Numbered from the stretch's first letter, positions 8,982 to 18,996 are shown. The stretch is 64,000 nucleotides of DNA from an uncultured Nitrospiraceae bacterium (GCA_963705105.1 CAVPIW010000006.1:480001-544000); one strand, 5' to 3'. A program made the numbers and translations. The notes: generated by a model from the letters alone, not told the origin.

Positions 8982-11900
8982 TTGAACTGGAACCTGAACT
9001 TGACGTCACCGCCGATCCCCCCCCGTTCATCCCGAAGGCCTATGAGCGATACGTTTTTTGACAGGAAATACTCGAGTTTCCAGATCTGCTCCTCACCCGT
9101 CGTAACGGTTGTACTGTATGTCACATAGAGCTTATCCTCGAGGAGCCTCTTCGAAACGGTCACCATGGGACTCACCTCTCCTGTTCTCCTTGACACATAA
9201 CTGTCGACGGTCACCCGGTCGAGACCGGTGATGGTCCTGACGCGCTCATCGAAGAGGCCCTGCATCTCACCGGCGAGGAACGACGTCGCCCGTCCGGTAC
9301 TGATGCCCCCCTGCACACCCTGCAATTCCTTGCCCGTCTGGCCGACGGTGAGGAGGCTGAATATCTCCGCTTCTTCGAGGGGAGGGTCCGCAGAGAGGGT
9401 AAGATTGAACTTTTCCATATACCCGTCGAGACCCAGCCGGACCGTATAGGGCGAGACGGACGTCTCGGCGAGCACATCGATATAGGGGTCGATCTTCTTG
9501 GGATTGGCAAAATCGAGAGTCGCCCTGATCAGTTTGAACTCCCTGTTCTGGAAATACACGACCCCCTCCTTCGTCTCCGCCTTTCCGAGGATGACAGGCC
9601 GGCCGATGGTGCCCCTCACGAGGCCGTCCGCCGAGACGTTCACACGGGCCAGGTTGTTGTCGATCAGAAGGTTGCTGCCCGTCACCTTCACGCTGAGCTG
9701 TGTCGCGTCGAGCTTCGTCATTTCCCTCTGCACCTTTTCCGGCGCCCGGGCCTTGAAAATCCAGCTCTTCCAGTCGACGCGCTCCGTGTATCGGGCGCGC
9801 TTGACGGCGACGTCCCCGATGAGCGTCTGCGCCTCCCCCCTGCCCTGAAAGACGAGGTTGCCGTCGAGACTGATCCAGAAGTCCTTCGACAGGGAAGCGG
9901 TGACGTCGCTGAAGCGTGTCTCGATATAGAATCTCCTGATATTGAAGTCCTCAAGATTGGCCGTTCCCTTGAAAGTCACATCGCCTCCCGAAAATCTGCC
10001 TGAGGCCCTTTCTATGACGATTTTTCCTTCGTCCATATAAATGTATCCATTGATAGACGTCAGCCGCTGCGGGACGCTCTTGAGGCCCAGTGTGCCGTTG
10101 GCGATGTCGAGACCGCCGTTTATTCCGGGTTTCTCCCAGGGTCCCGTCACGGCGACGACGAAAGTGACGTTGCCCTTGAGCACGTCCACCGATTTGGAAA
10201 AGGCCCGGAGAGGGGCCAGCGAGGACGACCCCTCGAAATGGAGATCGAACTGTTTTCCTACCGTCGTGGTTCCGCTGACCCTGAATTCCGTCGTGTCGCT
10301 CCTGAGTCCGAAATTTTCGACAAAGAGCTTCCTGTCCTCGATCCTGAGCGAAACGGGCGCACTGTTCGTGAAAGCGTTGCCGTAGAGCGTCAGATGGGCT
10401 CTCTCGATGCGCGCAACGGCGCTGAGGTGATTCCTGTTGCCGCTCGCCCTGACGGTGCCGTTGAGGTTGATCAGGAGGTCTTCGGGTGCCTCTTTCAGCA
10501 TGCCCTCGACGAGAAAGTCATACCGTGCCGACTGCATTTCGGCGAAAGCCTTCCAGGGGAGCTCATCGGTCAGATCGGCTTCTCCTTTCACCCGGACCTT
10601 GCCGTCGAGCAGGTGGCCGCTCCCCTCCAGATGCTTGCCCCGGAGCGAAGCACTGACACCTCCCTTACCGAGAGAACGGCCCTGATATCTCCACTCCCGC
10701 AAGTCGGCAGACGCATCGATCACAGGGTCGGCGAAGGGTCCCTCTCCGCGGATGCGGACGTTCGAGAGGGTCATCGCACCGACGGGGCCGTCCTTCAGGC
10801 GCTCCATCGCCCGGGCCGGTACGAGGTCGGCAACATCGACGGTACCCCCCTCGACGGCAAGGGAGAATGTCTTGTCGAGGGAGATCGTCCCCTGGCCGGC
10901 CAGGACCGATCGTCCCTTGGCGAGGCGGAGGTCCGAAAAGATGAACCTCCGGGCATCATATCTCACGTGAGCCGATGCCTCCGACGTCGTCAGGACATCT
11001 CCATAGGCGAATTTCAGCGCCCGTATCTTTCCCGCAGTTTTCAGCGCCACCGGTCTTCCCGTGATCCTGAATTCGCCGTCGGCCGAGCCGGACAGGGCAG
11101 GCCCTCCGTCGAAGGCGGAGGCGACGGCCCCGACGTCCGCGTTGCTGAAGGCGATCGTCAGGTTATAGTCAGGTTTTGCCACATCGAAAAGGGCCTTCGC
11201 TTCGGGAAAGGAGACAGTGCCCGTGGCGCGGTATTCCTCCTTCCCGGCAGAGGCGACGGCCTGGTCGACCTTGAGGAGATTTTTGCGGTACGCGACCGTC
11301 CCGCTGAACGTATCGAAGGCGTATGATTTGTCGAGCAGCACATCACGCATATCCAGCTTCCCCGTCATGAAGACCATCGACCTCCCCTGAAAACGGGCGG
11401 ACAGGAGCGGGTCGGCAAGGGGCCCTTCCACGGACAGGGAGAACGATGCGGGCCCGGACAGGGCGGTGAAATAGGGCGCCGAAAAGTCGGCCACGTCCCG
11501 GGATGCGCCGTTCGCGGTGAACGAGAGAGCGGACGCCTTCAGGTCGACGGTACCGGCCCCCTCAAGCTGCGATTTCTCGGACGCGACGCTGAGGCGGGGG
11601 AAGCGTATCAGTTCGTCGCTCATCCTGTAGTTGAAATCACCGCTGACGGCTGCGACCCTGCCGAGGATATCCTTGCCCTTTGTCCTGCCCGCATAGGTGA
11701 AGCGTCCCTCGGGGCTGAAGTCGTGACCTGACGAGTAAAGCTCGCCCGTGACCTTGCCGTCCGGTATGCCCGGGTCCCAGTTGATCAGCTTGAAGATGCC
11801 CTTGCTGTCCACGTCCCGGACGGCGACGCGGAGGGTAAAGGTGTCGACGACGGGCAGCCTGATCGAGGCCTCCGCCTCGGCCGACCCGTTGTACAGGCGG

Positions 11901-12982
11901 GCCTTCCCCTTTTCGAATTTCATGGTCCTTTCGCGGTACGTCACATTGCAGGTCAGGTGGTCCACGTCGACGGTGTAGAGGTTTCCCTTTTTCAGGACCG
12001 CCGTGCCCTCGCCGACAGGGTCGTTCAGGCGGCCCGTGATTTTCCCGTCGACGGAGAGAGAACCACTGAGCGGCTCCGTCACCTTCAGCGTCTCCATGAG
12101 CGTTTCGAGGTAGAAGTCGCCCTTGACGGCGAGATCGAGGATAATCCCCTTGAGACCGTCCCGGATCTGATCGATCTTCACGCTGCCTTTGGCGGTGAGC
12201 CTGCCGTCGCCGGGGCCTTTGAGGCCGAAGAAACGCTTCAGCGTCTCCATGAAAAAATCGATCTCGACCTGGAGCTGCCCTGCCAGGTCCTCCTTGCCGA
12301 CTCCGCCCGTCGTCGTCAGGGTTGATTGATGGGCCAGTATTTTGAGGTTCCTGACGTTGATGTTCTTTTCGTCAACGACGAGATAGGTGTCGACCATCCC
12401 GTGAAACTCGGGCATGCCTTCGCGGAAAAGGGCGATGTCCTTTGTCGAGAGCCTCACCCTCGGCTCCTTTCCCAGGATGACCTGGGCGTTCAACCCCGTT
12501 GCCGCAGCTTTTGACGAGGCGTCCGAAACGGACAGGTCCGCTCCGGAAAGGTCGATGGACTTGATGACGACTTTGAACGGCGTCTCTTTCTCTTCCCTGA
12601 GATAGGCCTTCACATGACCGATGATCTCCTCCAGGACCGGCCTGGCGACGTCGATCCGGGGCTTCCTGATCACGAGCCGCCGCAGGGTGATTTCCCTGTT
12701 CACGAGACCCGAAAGGGCTGCATAGGCCTTGACGCTCTCCGCGGCGAGGATGGTGTTGCCGCCGACGTCAACGGCCTTTATGTCGCGGGCCTCCACGAAA
12801 AGAGGCACGATGCTGAGGGACATGCGGCCGGCGCTGAAGCGCTGACCCGTCATCTTTTCGAGCTCCGGCAAAACGATGTCCGCCGTCGAGCGCGGCAGGG
12901 GAAGACCGCCCGAGAGGGCGAGCACCGCGCCCACGATGACGACGACAGCCGCAGCGATTGCCCAGCGTGCCGGTTTTTTCAC
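8978..12982 (-). CDS. tamB: Translocation/assembly module TamB (AsmA-like, DUF490 C-terminus)
   Basis: 1334 aa, N-terminal anchor, beta-rich, ends GGDVKFRFQFK; coupled to the Omp85 gene. Confidence 0.85.
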   Translation of the reverse strand: MKKPARWAIAAAVVVIVGAVLALSGGLPLPRSTADIVLPELEKMTGQRFSAGRMSLSIVPLFVEARDIKAVDVGGNTILAAESVKAYAALSGLVNREITLRRLVIRKPRIDVARPVLEEIIGHVKAYLREEKETPFKVVIKSIDLSGADLSVSDASSKAAATGLNAQVILGKEPRVRLSTKDIALFREGMPEFHGMVDTYLVVDEKNINVRNLKILAHQSTLTTTGGVGKEDLAGQLQVEIDFFMETLKRFFGLKGPGDGRLTAKGSVKIDQIRDGLKGIILDLAVKGDFYLETLMETLKVTEPLSGSLSVDGKITGRLNDPVGEGTAVLKKGNLYTVDVDHLTCNVTYRERTMKFEKGKARLYNGSAEAEASIRLPVVDTFTLRVAVRDVDSKGIFKLINWDPGIPDGKVTGELYSSGHDFSPEGRFTYAGRTKGKDILGRVAAVSGDFNYRMSDELIRFPRLSVASEKSQLEGAGTVDLKASALSFTANGASRDVADFSAPYFTALSGPASFSLSVEGPLADPLLSARFQGRSMVFMTGKLDMRDVLLDKSYAFDTFSGTVAYRKNLLKVDQAVASAGKEEYRATGTVSFPEAKALFDVAKPDYNLTIAFSNADVGAVASAFDGGPALSGSADGEFRITGRPVALKTAGKIRALKFAYGDVLTTSEASAHVRYDARRFIFSDLRLAKGRSVLAGQGTISLDKTFSLAVEGGTVDVADLVPARAMERLKDGPVGAMTLSNVRIRGEGPFADPVIDASADLREWRYQGRSLGKGGVSASLRGKHLEGSGHLLDGKVRVKGEADLTDELPWKAFAEMQSARYDFLVEGMLKEAPEDLLINLNGTVRASGNRNHLSAVARIERAHLTLYGNAFTNSAPVSLRIEDRKLFVENFGLRSDTTEFRVSGTTTVGKQFDLHFEGSSSLAPLRAFSKSVDVLKGNVTFVVAVTGPWEKPGINGGLDIANGTLGLKSVPQRLTSINGYIYMDEGKIVIERASGRFSGGDVTFKGTANLEDFNIRRFYIETRFSDVTASLSKDFWISLDGNLVFQGRGEAQTLIGDVAVKRARYTERVDWKSWIFKARAPEKVQREMTKLDATQLSVKVTGSNLLIDNNLARVNVSADGLVRGTIGRPVILGKAETKEGVVYFQNREFKLIRATLDFANPKKIDPYIDVLAETSVSPYTVRLGLDGYMEKFNLTLSADPPLEEAEIFSLLTVGQTGKELQGVQGGISTGRATSFLAGEMQGLFDERVRTITGLDRVTVDSYVSRRTGEVSPMVTVSKRLLEDKLYVTYSTTVTTGEEQIWKLEYFLSKNVSLIGLRDERGGIGGDVKFRFQFK

Positions 12983-15489
12983 GGGATCATGTCATGGAGG
13001 GCCGCAAGCATCGTCAGGATGTGCTCACCTTCGAGCTTGCCCCCCCGGTGTTGCAGGTAAAAGACATCGTGGACGACTCCCTCCTCCGTATTGATGACGG
13101 CTGACACAATATCGGCGTTATTCAGCGAAAAGCGGCTCGCCGCGTCGTGAAGGAGGCCGATCCTGTCCGTCAGCAGCAGTTCACAGATTGTATAATGCGC
13201 CGACGACTCATTGTCGATTTCGAGAAAACTCTCGAAAATGCCGTGGCTCTGCGGGCCGCCGTGGGCCCTCCTCCGGGGCGCTTCCGTCAGCGGCAGCGTT
13301 ATGGCCCGGTTCACCCCGTCCCTCACATCCTTCTCCAGTCCTTCCCACCACAGGTCCCTCCAGTTCGACAGGATGATCCTGTCCACGACGAGGCCGCTCT
13401 TTCCCGTGAAGAGACGGGCCCTGAGCACATTCAGCCCCTTCGTGCTCAGCACCCCCACGAGACGCGCGAAGAGGCCCGGCAGATCATAGGTGATAAATGT
13501 CAGCTCCGCCGTCCCGTCGGGCTGCTCACTGACAGACAGGAGAACTCTGTCAGGACCGGCGTCCTTCGAGAGGAGATGATCATTCCTGATGGCATCGATG
13601 GAATGGGTCAGGCGATACCTCTCAGGCATATCTTCAATGAAGACCCTCAGGTCGCCGTCATGGAGCTCCAGGTAGGCCCTGTCCGCCCCCCGGATATGGT
13701 CCATCGTCCTCATGAAGAGGTCCCGCAGGAGATAGGCCTTCCACTCCGTCCAGAAATGGGGGTTGACGGCGTGCATATCGGCATAGGTGACGAGATAAAG
13801 CGCCTTCAGGTTCTCCTCGTTCTCCACCGTGTCGGCAAGACGCATCACCGTCTCTGGATCGTCCGTGTCCCTCGTGAGGGCGAGCTTCGACAGGAGGATG
13901 TGGTTTTTGACGAGGAATTCGATCATCCGCCTGTCGTCACGATCGAGGCCGAAACGCTCGAGCACCCCTTTCAGGAGCCTGTACCCCTCCTCCTCGTGCC
14001 TCCTGAGGCTCCCCTTGCCGATGTCGTGCATGAGGATCGACAGATAGAGGACCTCCTGCTTCATCTCCCCGAGGAATTCGGCGAGGTACTGCAGCTTCTG
14101 GTCTTTCGTCTTTTTCAGGGCCTCGAGGCTTTTCAACGCGACGAGAGTGTGCTGATCAACGGTAAAGCGATGGAAGGGCTCGTAGATGACAAGGTGCCGG
14201 AGCCGTCCGAATTCGGGGATGAACCGGTCGAGGATGTTCGTCTCATGCATCTCCGTCAGCGTCTCGTAGACCCTGTCGCTCGACAGGACCCTGAGAAAAT
14301 GGCGGATTGCCTGCCGGGACGTGCGGGTCCTCCTGTTGACATGGAGGAAGGCGTGCCTGATCCACTCTTTCAACTGGCGGCTGAAGGGCCTGCCTGTCTG
14401 CGCGTAGACGGCGAAGGCCTCGATGATCGTGTCTCCGTCTCTGAGCACGGACCGGTCCTTGACGGTGATTTCGTTCTTCGAGACGTAATAATCGCGGGTG
14501 ACCCGCCGCACGCTCCAGAGGGCGGGCATGGAGATGAAGCGGGTGCTGCAGAGGGTCCTCGTCCTGGAAAGGGCTTCCATGATACCCAACGCTTTCCTGT
14601 AAAAGAGCCTGAGCATGATCTCACCGGCGAGAAACCGCATCGTGTTCCTGAACCCGAGGGTTTCAGCGACGGCGTCATGGAACTCGAAGGCGAGGACGTC
14701 GTTTTTTCGCCTCGAAAGGGCGTGCAGGGCAAGCCGCATTTTGAGGAGGAAGTCATAGGCCCTCGTGACATGACGGAAGTCCCTTTCCGACAGGATATTG
14801 AGCCTCACCATCTCATGAGGATCATGAACGCGCAGCACAACCCTCAGGAGCCAAGAGATGGTCTGAAAATCCCGCAGCCCTCCCCTTCCCTCCTTAAGGT
14901 TCGGCTCCAGGAGATAGACCGACTCCCCGTAGGTCCTGTATCGCCGTTCCACTTCACGGAGGATGGTGCTGACGAAATCCCTCTTCCCCTTGTGGACGAG
15001 TTTCTGGAGCACATCTTCCCTGAATTCGCGGAAGACCTCCCAGTTGCCCGCCAGAAAACGGGCGTCGATGAGGGTTGTCCGTGTCTGGAGATCACTGATG
15101 CCGTCTTCCACGCACTCCCTGAGGGTCCTGAAACTGTGGCTTATATTGATGCCCCTGTCCCAGAGACGGTAGAAAAAAGATTCCGCCGTCCCTGTCGTCG
15201 CGTCATCGCGGGTCCTCGCGACGACCATGAGATCGATATCGGAAAAGGGGGCGAGTTCACGGCGCCCGTATCCGCCGACGGCGAGAACGGCACAGAGATA
15301 GGGCGAACCCGTGGCGCCGCGCCGTTCGGGCTCCCCGGGGACATCCTGTCCCGTTCGTCCGTCATAAGCGGCCATGACCATGCCGTCCATGGTGTCGGAA
15401 AGCAGGCGGGAAGCGGTCACGCCGTCATAGCCGAGGCGGATGAAATCGAGGGCCCTTCCGCAGAGTTGTTCGGTCACGGATGGTTTCAT
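12979..15489 (-). CDS. glnD: [Protein-PII] uridylyltransferase
   Basis: AVGGYGRRELAPFSDIDL NTase motif, EPNLKEGRGGLRD, HRFTVDQH, MHDIGKG HD domain, two ACT domains. Confidence 0.95.
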   Translation of the reverse strand: MKPSVTEQLCGRALDFIRLGYDGVTASRLLSDTMDGMVMAAYDGRTGQDVPGEPERRGATGSPYLCAVLAVGGYGRRELAPFSDIDLMVVARTRDDATTGTAESFFYRLWDRGINISHSFRTLRECVEDGISDLQTRTTLIDARFLAGNWEVFREFREDVLQKLVHKGKRDFVSTILREVERRYRTYGESVYLLEPNLKEGRGGLRDFQTISWLLRVVLRVHDPHEMVRLNILSERDFRHVTRAYDFLLKMRLALHALSRRKNDVLAFEFHDAVAETLGFRNTMRFLAGEIMLRLFYRKALGIMEALSRTRTLCSTRFISMPALWSVRRVTRDYYVSKNEITVKDRSVLRDGDTIIEAFAVYAQTGRPFSRQLKEWIRHAFLHVNRRTRTSRQAIRHFLRVLSSDRVYETLTEMHETNILDRFIPEFGRLRHLVIYEPFHRFTVDQHTLVALKSLEALKKTKDQKLQYLAEFLGEMKQEVLYLSILMHDIGKGSLRRHEEEGYRLLKGVLERFGLDRDDRRMIEFLVKNHILLSKLALTRDTDDPETVMRLADTVENEENLKALYLVTYADMHAVNPHFWTEWKAYLLRDLFMRTMDHIRGADRAYLELHDGDLRVFIEDMPERYRLTHSIDAIRNDHLLSKDAGPDRVLLSVSEQPDGTAELTFITYDLPGLFARLVGVLSTKGLNVLRARLFTGKSGLVVDRIILSNWRDLWWEGLEKDVRDGVNRAITLPLTEAPRRRAHGGPQSHGIFESFLEIDNESSAHYTICELLLTDRIGLLHDAASRFSLNNADIVSAVINTEEGVVHDVFYLQHRGGKLEGEHILTMLAALHDMIP

Positions 15490-15814
15490 GGTCAACGGTT
15501 ACGGTTCATAGCAGTCATAGCGGCAGATCGGGATTAAATTGTATAGACTACCACGGCGGGCGATGAGAAAGATAGGGTTGCATCAGCGACAAGCGCAACA
15601 TTCTCCACGTCTTGCCGGGGACTTTTTCTATCCGCACCGTCGAATCTCCGGGCTGCCATCGATAGACCAAAGAGGTGTGATATCGGGGGTTTGAAAGAAT
15701 GTCAGGCATGAAAGCGACGCGGAAGATCTTGCGGTGACAGTCCCTGATGTCCCTGAGATTTGCCGCCTTTTTTGTGCAACCCTTCGCCCTCATGTTTTAT
15801 CAAACAGGCATAAG

Positions 15815-15859
15815 CATACCTTGCAATTTTGAACTATTTATGCTAAATTGCAAGGTATG
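15815..15859 (+). promoter_or_regulatory. 15-bp perfect inverted repeat over a leaderless promoter
   Basis: CATACCTTGCAATTT / AAATTGCAAGGTATG; TTGCAA-17-TAAATT with extended TG; ATG at 15857. Confidence 0.6.
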
Positions 15860-17026
15860 AAATATAGAGAGAGATCGTGCAGCGATCGTCTGCGCTTCCT
15901 CCTCAGATCTTTTCCGGCAGTCCTTCTCGTGGGACCGAGACAATGCGGCAAGAGCACACTTGCGCGCCACACCCTTCCGAAATGGACACACCTCGATCTC
16001 GAACGCCCGTCCGATTTTGCCATGCTGACGACCGATCTGGAAGGCTTTTTCGACACGCGCTCCCGCTCGGTTGCAATCGACGAGGCCCAACGCCTGCCGG
16101 AGATATTTGCCACCCTGCGCCATGTCATTGATCGTTCGAAAGGAATGGGGCGGTTTCTCCTTCTGGGCTCGGCGAGCCCCGCCCTCATGCGCTCGGTCTC
16201 TGAGACTCTGGCCGGACGGATAGCGTTGCTGGAACTCACTCCCTTCCTCGCATCGGAGATGTCGGGCACTGCCCGGGATGGTGACCGCTGGTTCTGGGGT
16301 GGGTTCCCCCCGATCCACGCCCTCAGGGAATCGCGCGCACGCAGCGAATGGTTCAATGCCTATGTCTCAACCTTCCTCGAGCGGGATCTGCCCGTCCTCG
16401 GACTGGGATTGCCCGTTCGGCGGCTGCGCACGCTGTGGACTATGCTGACCCATATCCATGGCAACCTTTTAAACGTGTCCGACCTTGCCCGGTCCCTTGC
16501 CGTGTCTTCCCATACGGTGGTCGGGGACCTCGACGTCCTGGAGGGCGCCTATATGATCAGGCGGCTCCAGCCATTTCATGCCAATGTGCAGAAGCGTCTC
16601 ACAAAAAGTCCGAAGCTCTATGTGAGGGACACGGGCCTGCTGCATTTCCTGGGCGGTCTGCGTAGGCCGCAGGAGCTGACGACGTGGAGCAGGCGCGGCG
16701 CTTCCTTCGAAGGACTGGTTATTGAGGAACTGGCAGCGCTCGCCGCCCGGAGGCTGGTCCGTCCCGAGATCTTCTTCTGGCGGACACAGGCAGGAGCGGA
16801 GGTCGACCTGATGATCGTCGAAGGGAGGCGTATTTTACCGGTGAAGATCAAACTCGGAGCCGCTGTGGACCAATACGCCGTGGCCGGACTGCGACAGTGC
16901 ATGAAGGACCTCGGGCTCAGCAGGGGATGGGTGATCACGACGGCACGGGAGCGTCAGCGTTTATCTGCCGGCATCGAAATCATCCCATGGGACGACGTCG
17001 CATCAGGCCGGATCGACCTCTTCTGA
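15857..17026 (+). CDS. AAA+ ATPase with DUF4143 domain
   Basis: GPRQCGKST Walker A, IDEAQR, GGFP, KSPKLYVRDTGL, FFWRTQAGAEVD. Confidence 0.9.
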   Translation: MKYRERSCSDRLRFLLRSFPAVLLVGPRQCGKSTLARHTLPKWTHLDLERPSDFAMLTTDLEGFFDTRSRSVAIDEAQRLPEIFATLRHVIDRSKGMGRFLLLGSASPALMRSVSETLAGRIALLELTPFLASEMSGTARDGDRWFWGGFPPIHALRESRARSEWFNAYVSTFLERDLPVLGLGLPVRRLRTLWTMLTHIHGNLLNVSDLARSLAVSSHTVVGDLDVLEGAYMIRRLQPFHANVQKRLTKSPKLYVRDTGLLHFLGGLRRPQELTTWSRRGASFEGLVIEELAALAARRLVRPEIFFWRTQAGAEVDLMIVEGRRILPVKIKLGAAVDQYAVAGLRQCMKDLGLSRGWVITTARERQRLSAGIEIIPWDDVASGRIDLF

Positions 17027-17357
17027 AGTCTCAGGCTCGGCGCCGGCATACCCTGCTTTCCTCAGTGCATCGATCTGATCATCGAGAGGGCTGAGGCCGA
17101 TCGTGCCGGTGTTGCCGCTTCCCCCAAAACCTATACCGCCGACAATCTCGACTTTTGAACTGATCATCTTTTCGCATTTCTTCGGCTGCATTTTGGCCTT
17201 CACCCGCAGTTTTCCTTGTGTCCGCATTTGTCGCGCGTGAGCATTTCCATCATGGTGAGTGTCCTTCTTGCTTATCGGAGATTTAACCGGCTTGCTGAGT
17301 GTTCGCGCTGCCTGAATCCGCTCACCGCTCCGGTATGTGTCTGGCGTCGATGGTGTA

Positions 17358-17396
17358 ATGATCGTCGACCGGGCAGGTCCCGCCCGATTCGCATGT
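17358..17396 (+). repeat. 39-bp direct repeat, left copy flanking the TA islet
   Basis: 35/39 identical to 18919-18957. Confidence 0.85.
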
Positions 17397-17520
17397 TACA
17401 GCAAAATGAAAACGTCCGGTAACGGCAGGAAAGGAAATGATCGATCATGCTGAGACAACGAGAGTTGCGTGTGATTCAAAAATAGTGCAGGGGGAACTCA
17501 CGCAGACGGCGGTGGCATAT

Positions 17521-17572
17521 ACCGGACATTTTCATTTTGCCGAAAACCGGACATTTCTATTGTGTCTTGACA
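17521..17572. mobile_element. Isolated IS end (IS1202/ISNCY/IS481-like), no transposase
   Basis: Two ACCGGACATTT subrepeats 25 bp apart ending in TTGACA (5'-TGTCA terminus). Confidence 0.5.
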
Positions 17573-17574
17573 AC

Positions 17575-17692
17575 GTCCGGGGCAGGCTCTTGCCTTCGGC
17601 TCATACTTGTGATAGCATCCATATAGTATGAACACTCTGAGATTCTCTTGCAGGGGACTTGCACCCATAAGCTCGCCGTCCCTGAGCCGGAA
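17575..17692 (-). mobile_element. 5' (domain I) remnant of a group IIC-like intron
   Basis: Minus strand GAGCTTATGGGTGCAAGTCCCCTGC ... AGCCGAAGGCAAG resembles group IIC 5' ends as recalled; the GUGYG start is degenerate. Confidence 0.45.
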
Positions 17693-17756
17693 TATGGTCC
17701 CAAGAGATCAGAGTCGCGCATAGTTTCTATATGCAGAGTTTTCTGACGGAGGGCAC

Positions 17757-17960
17757 ATGAAGCTAAAGGTGGTAGTACACGAGGCAGAAGAAGGTGGTTT
17801 TTGGGCTGAGGTTCCGGCCATTCCTGGCTGTGCGACGCAAGGAGAGACCTTTGAAGAACTTCTCCAGAATCTATATGAGGCGGTAGAGGGCTGCCTGTCT
17901 GTAGACATTTCGCCGCCCAAGACCGGAGAGGGGGATCGTGTCCTGGAAATAGCGGTATGA
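17757..17960 (+). CDS. hicB: HicB-family antitoxin
   Basis: [33 protein letters not shown]. Confidence 0.9.
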   Translation: MKLKVVVHEAEEGGFWAEVPAIPGCATQGETFEELLQNLYEAVEGCLSVDISPPKTGEGDRVLEIAV

Positions 17961-18163
17961 AATCCTTTTCAGGGAAAGACCTCGCCAAAGAGGTAGAACG
18001 GAGAGGATGGTTGCTGCTACGGGTTCACGGAAGCCATCACATATACGGCAAGCAGGGGAGCGTTGTGCGGCTGTCGATCCCGGTTCACGGAAATCAGCCG
18101 CTCAAGGCTGGGCTCCTGAAGCACCTGTTGAAACTCGCTGAAATTCCGGACGAGGATCTCTAA
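17957..18163 (+). CDS. hicA: HicA-family mRNA interferase toxin
   Basis: [14 protein letters not shown]...IPVHG...LKAGLL. Confidence 0.9.
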   Translation: MKSFSGKDLAKEVERRGWLLLRVHGSHHIYGKQGSVVRLSIPVHGNQPLKAGLLKHLLKLAEIPDEDL

Positions 18164-18326
18164 CGAAGGGGTCGGGTGAACGATGGGCTGAGTGAGAATA
18201 CTCCGCACCTGTTTGCCCTAACGTTGCTGCATATGATTAAGTGCTGTTGTCGTGCGCCACTGACTCCACAAACGTCCCACCGAAAGTCTTAATCCCAATC
18301 TGACAGCGCATAGGGCGTGCCTGTGG

Positions 18327-18535
18327 TTGAACATGCCCCATTTGCGAGCCATGGGAGGCGGCCTTTTCGAATTGAGACCGCACGGCAGGGAAGGCATTGG
18401 TCGCGTGTTCTATTGTTTCGTCATGGGTCAGCGTGTCGTCATACTCCATGCTTTCATCAAGAAAACTCAAGAAACCCCGGAGAGAGAATTAAAAAAATTG
18501 CCCGAAAAAGGCTGAAGGAGGTTCGGAATGGCTGA
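18327..18535 (+). pseudogene. higB: HigB/RelE (Gp49-like) toxin, 5'-truncated and frameshifted
   Basis: MPHLRAMGGGLFELR...GIGRVFY...ILHAFIKKTQETP; the native tail IARKRLKEV is out of frame after an A7 tract at 18491-18497. Confidence 0.75.
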
Positions 18536-18884
18536 GTTGAAATATAAACCGATCATCCACAACCATGAGGCATTTCTTGAGAAAGCCCTGAAAAGGAAAG
18601 GTTTCAAGGAAGCATTCGAGGATTTGGAAGCGGAATATGCTCTTATCCGGGAGATGCTTGCTGCTCGTTCGAGGTCCGGCCTCACTCAGGAGGCTGTTGC
18701 AGAATTGATGGGGACGACAAAGAGCGCGGTTTCCAGATTGGAAGCAGGGGGAAAACATGCACCATCGCTGACGACTCTCAAAAGGTATGCTCTCGCTGTC
18801 GGCTGCCATTTGGAAATCAGGTTAGTTCCGTATAGCCAAGCCGATCGCTCGAGGCGGCGCACCCGTAAACGGTCGGCCCTTTAG
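18528..18884 (+). CDS. higA: XRE-family HTH antitoxin (HigA-like)
   Basis: ARSRSGLTQEAVAELMGTTKSAVSRLEAG...PSLTTLKRYA. Confidence 0.85.
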   Translation: MAELKYKPIIHNHEAFLEKALKRKGFKEAFEDLEAEYALIREMLAARSRSGLTQEAVAELMGTTKSAVSRLEAGGKHAPSLTTLKRYALAVGCHLEIRLVPYSQADRSRRRTRKRSAL

Positions 18885-18918
18885 CACAAATACTGCTTTG
18901 CCGTTTTGAAAAGTATTG

Positions 18919-18957
18919 ATGACCGTCGACCGGGCATATCCCCCCCGATTCGCATGT
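18919..18957 (+). repeat. 39-bp direct repeat, right copy flanking the TA islet
   Basis: 35/39 identical to 17358-17396. Confidence 0.85.
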
Positions 18958-18967
18958 GATTTTGATA

Positions 18968-18996
18968 TTGAAAATAGCATGGATACGTGCTATAAT
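18968..18996 (+). promoter_or_regulatory. Sigma70 promoter of fhs
   Basis: TTGAAA-17-TATAAT with extended TG. Confidence 0.65.

Noticed and set aside
13147..15537. 796-aa plus-strand ORF (also 7401-9128, 19072-20892, 10238-11326, 26926-28014, 30857-31972, 56384-57541)
   Set aside because: Antisense shadows of well-supported genes in GC-rich DNA; no recognisable motifs.
17003..17253. Small minus-strand ORFs downstream of the first ATPase
   Set aside because: No recognisable family, and the frames conflict; probably decayed sequence.
18157..18230. attC sites after hicA
   Set aside because: TAAC cores are present, but no matching GTTRRRY end or pairing L boxes were found.
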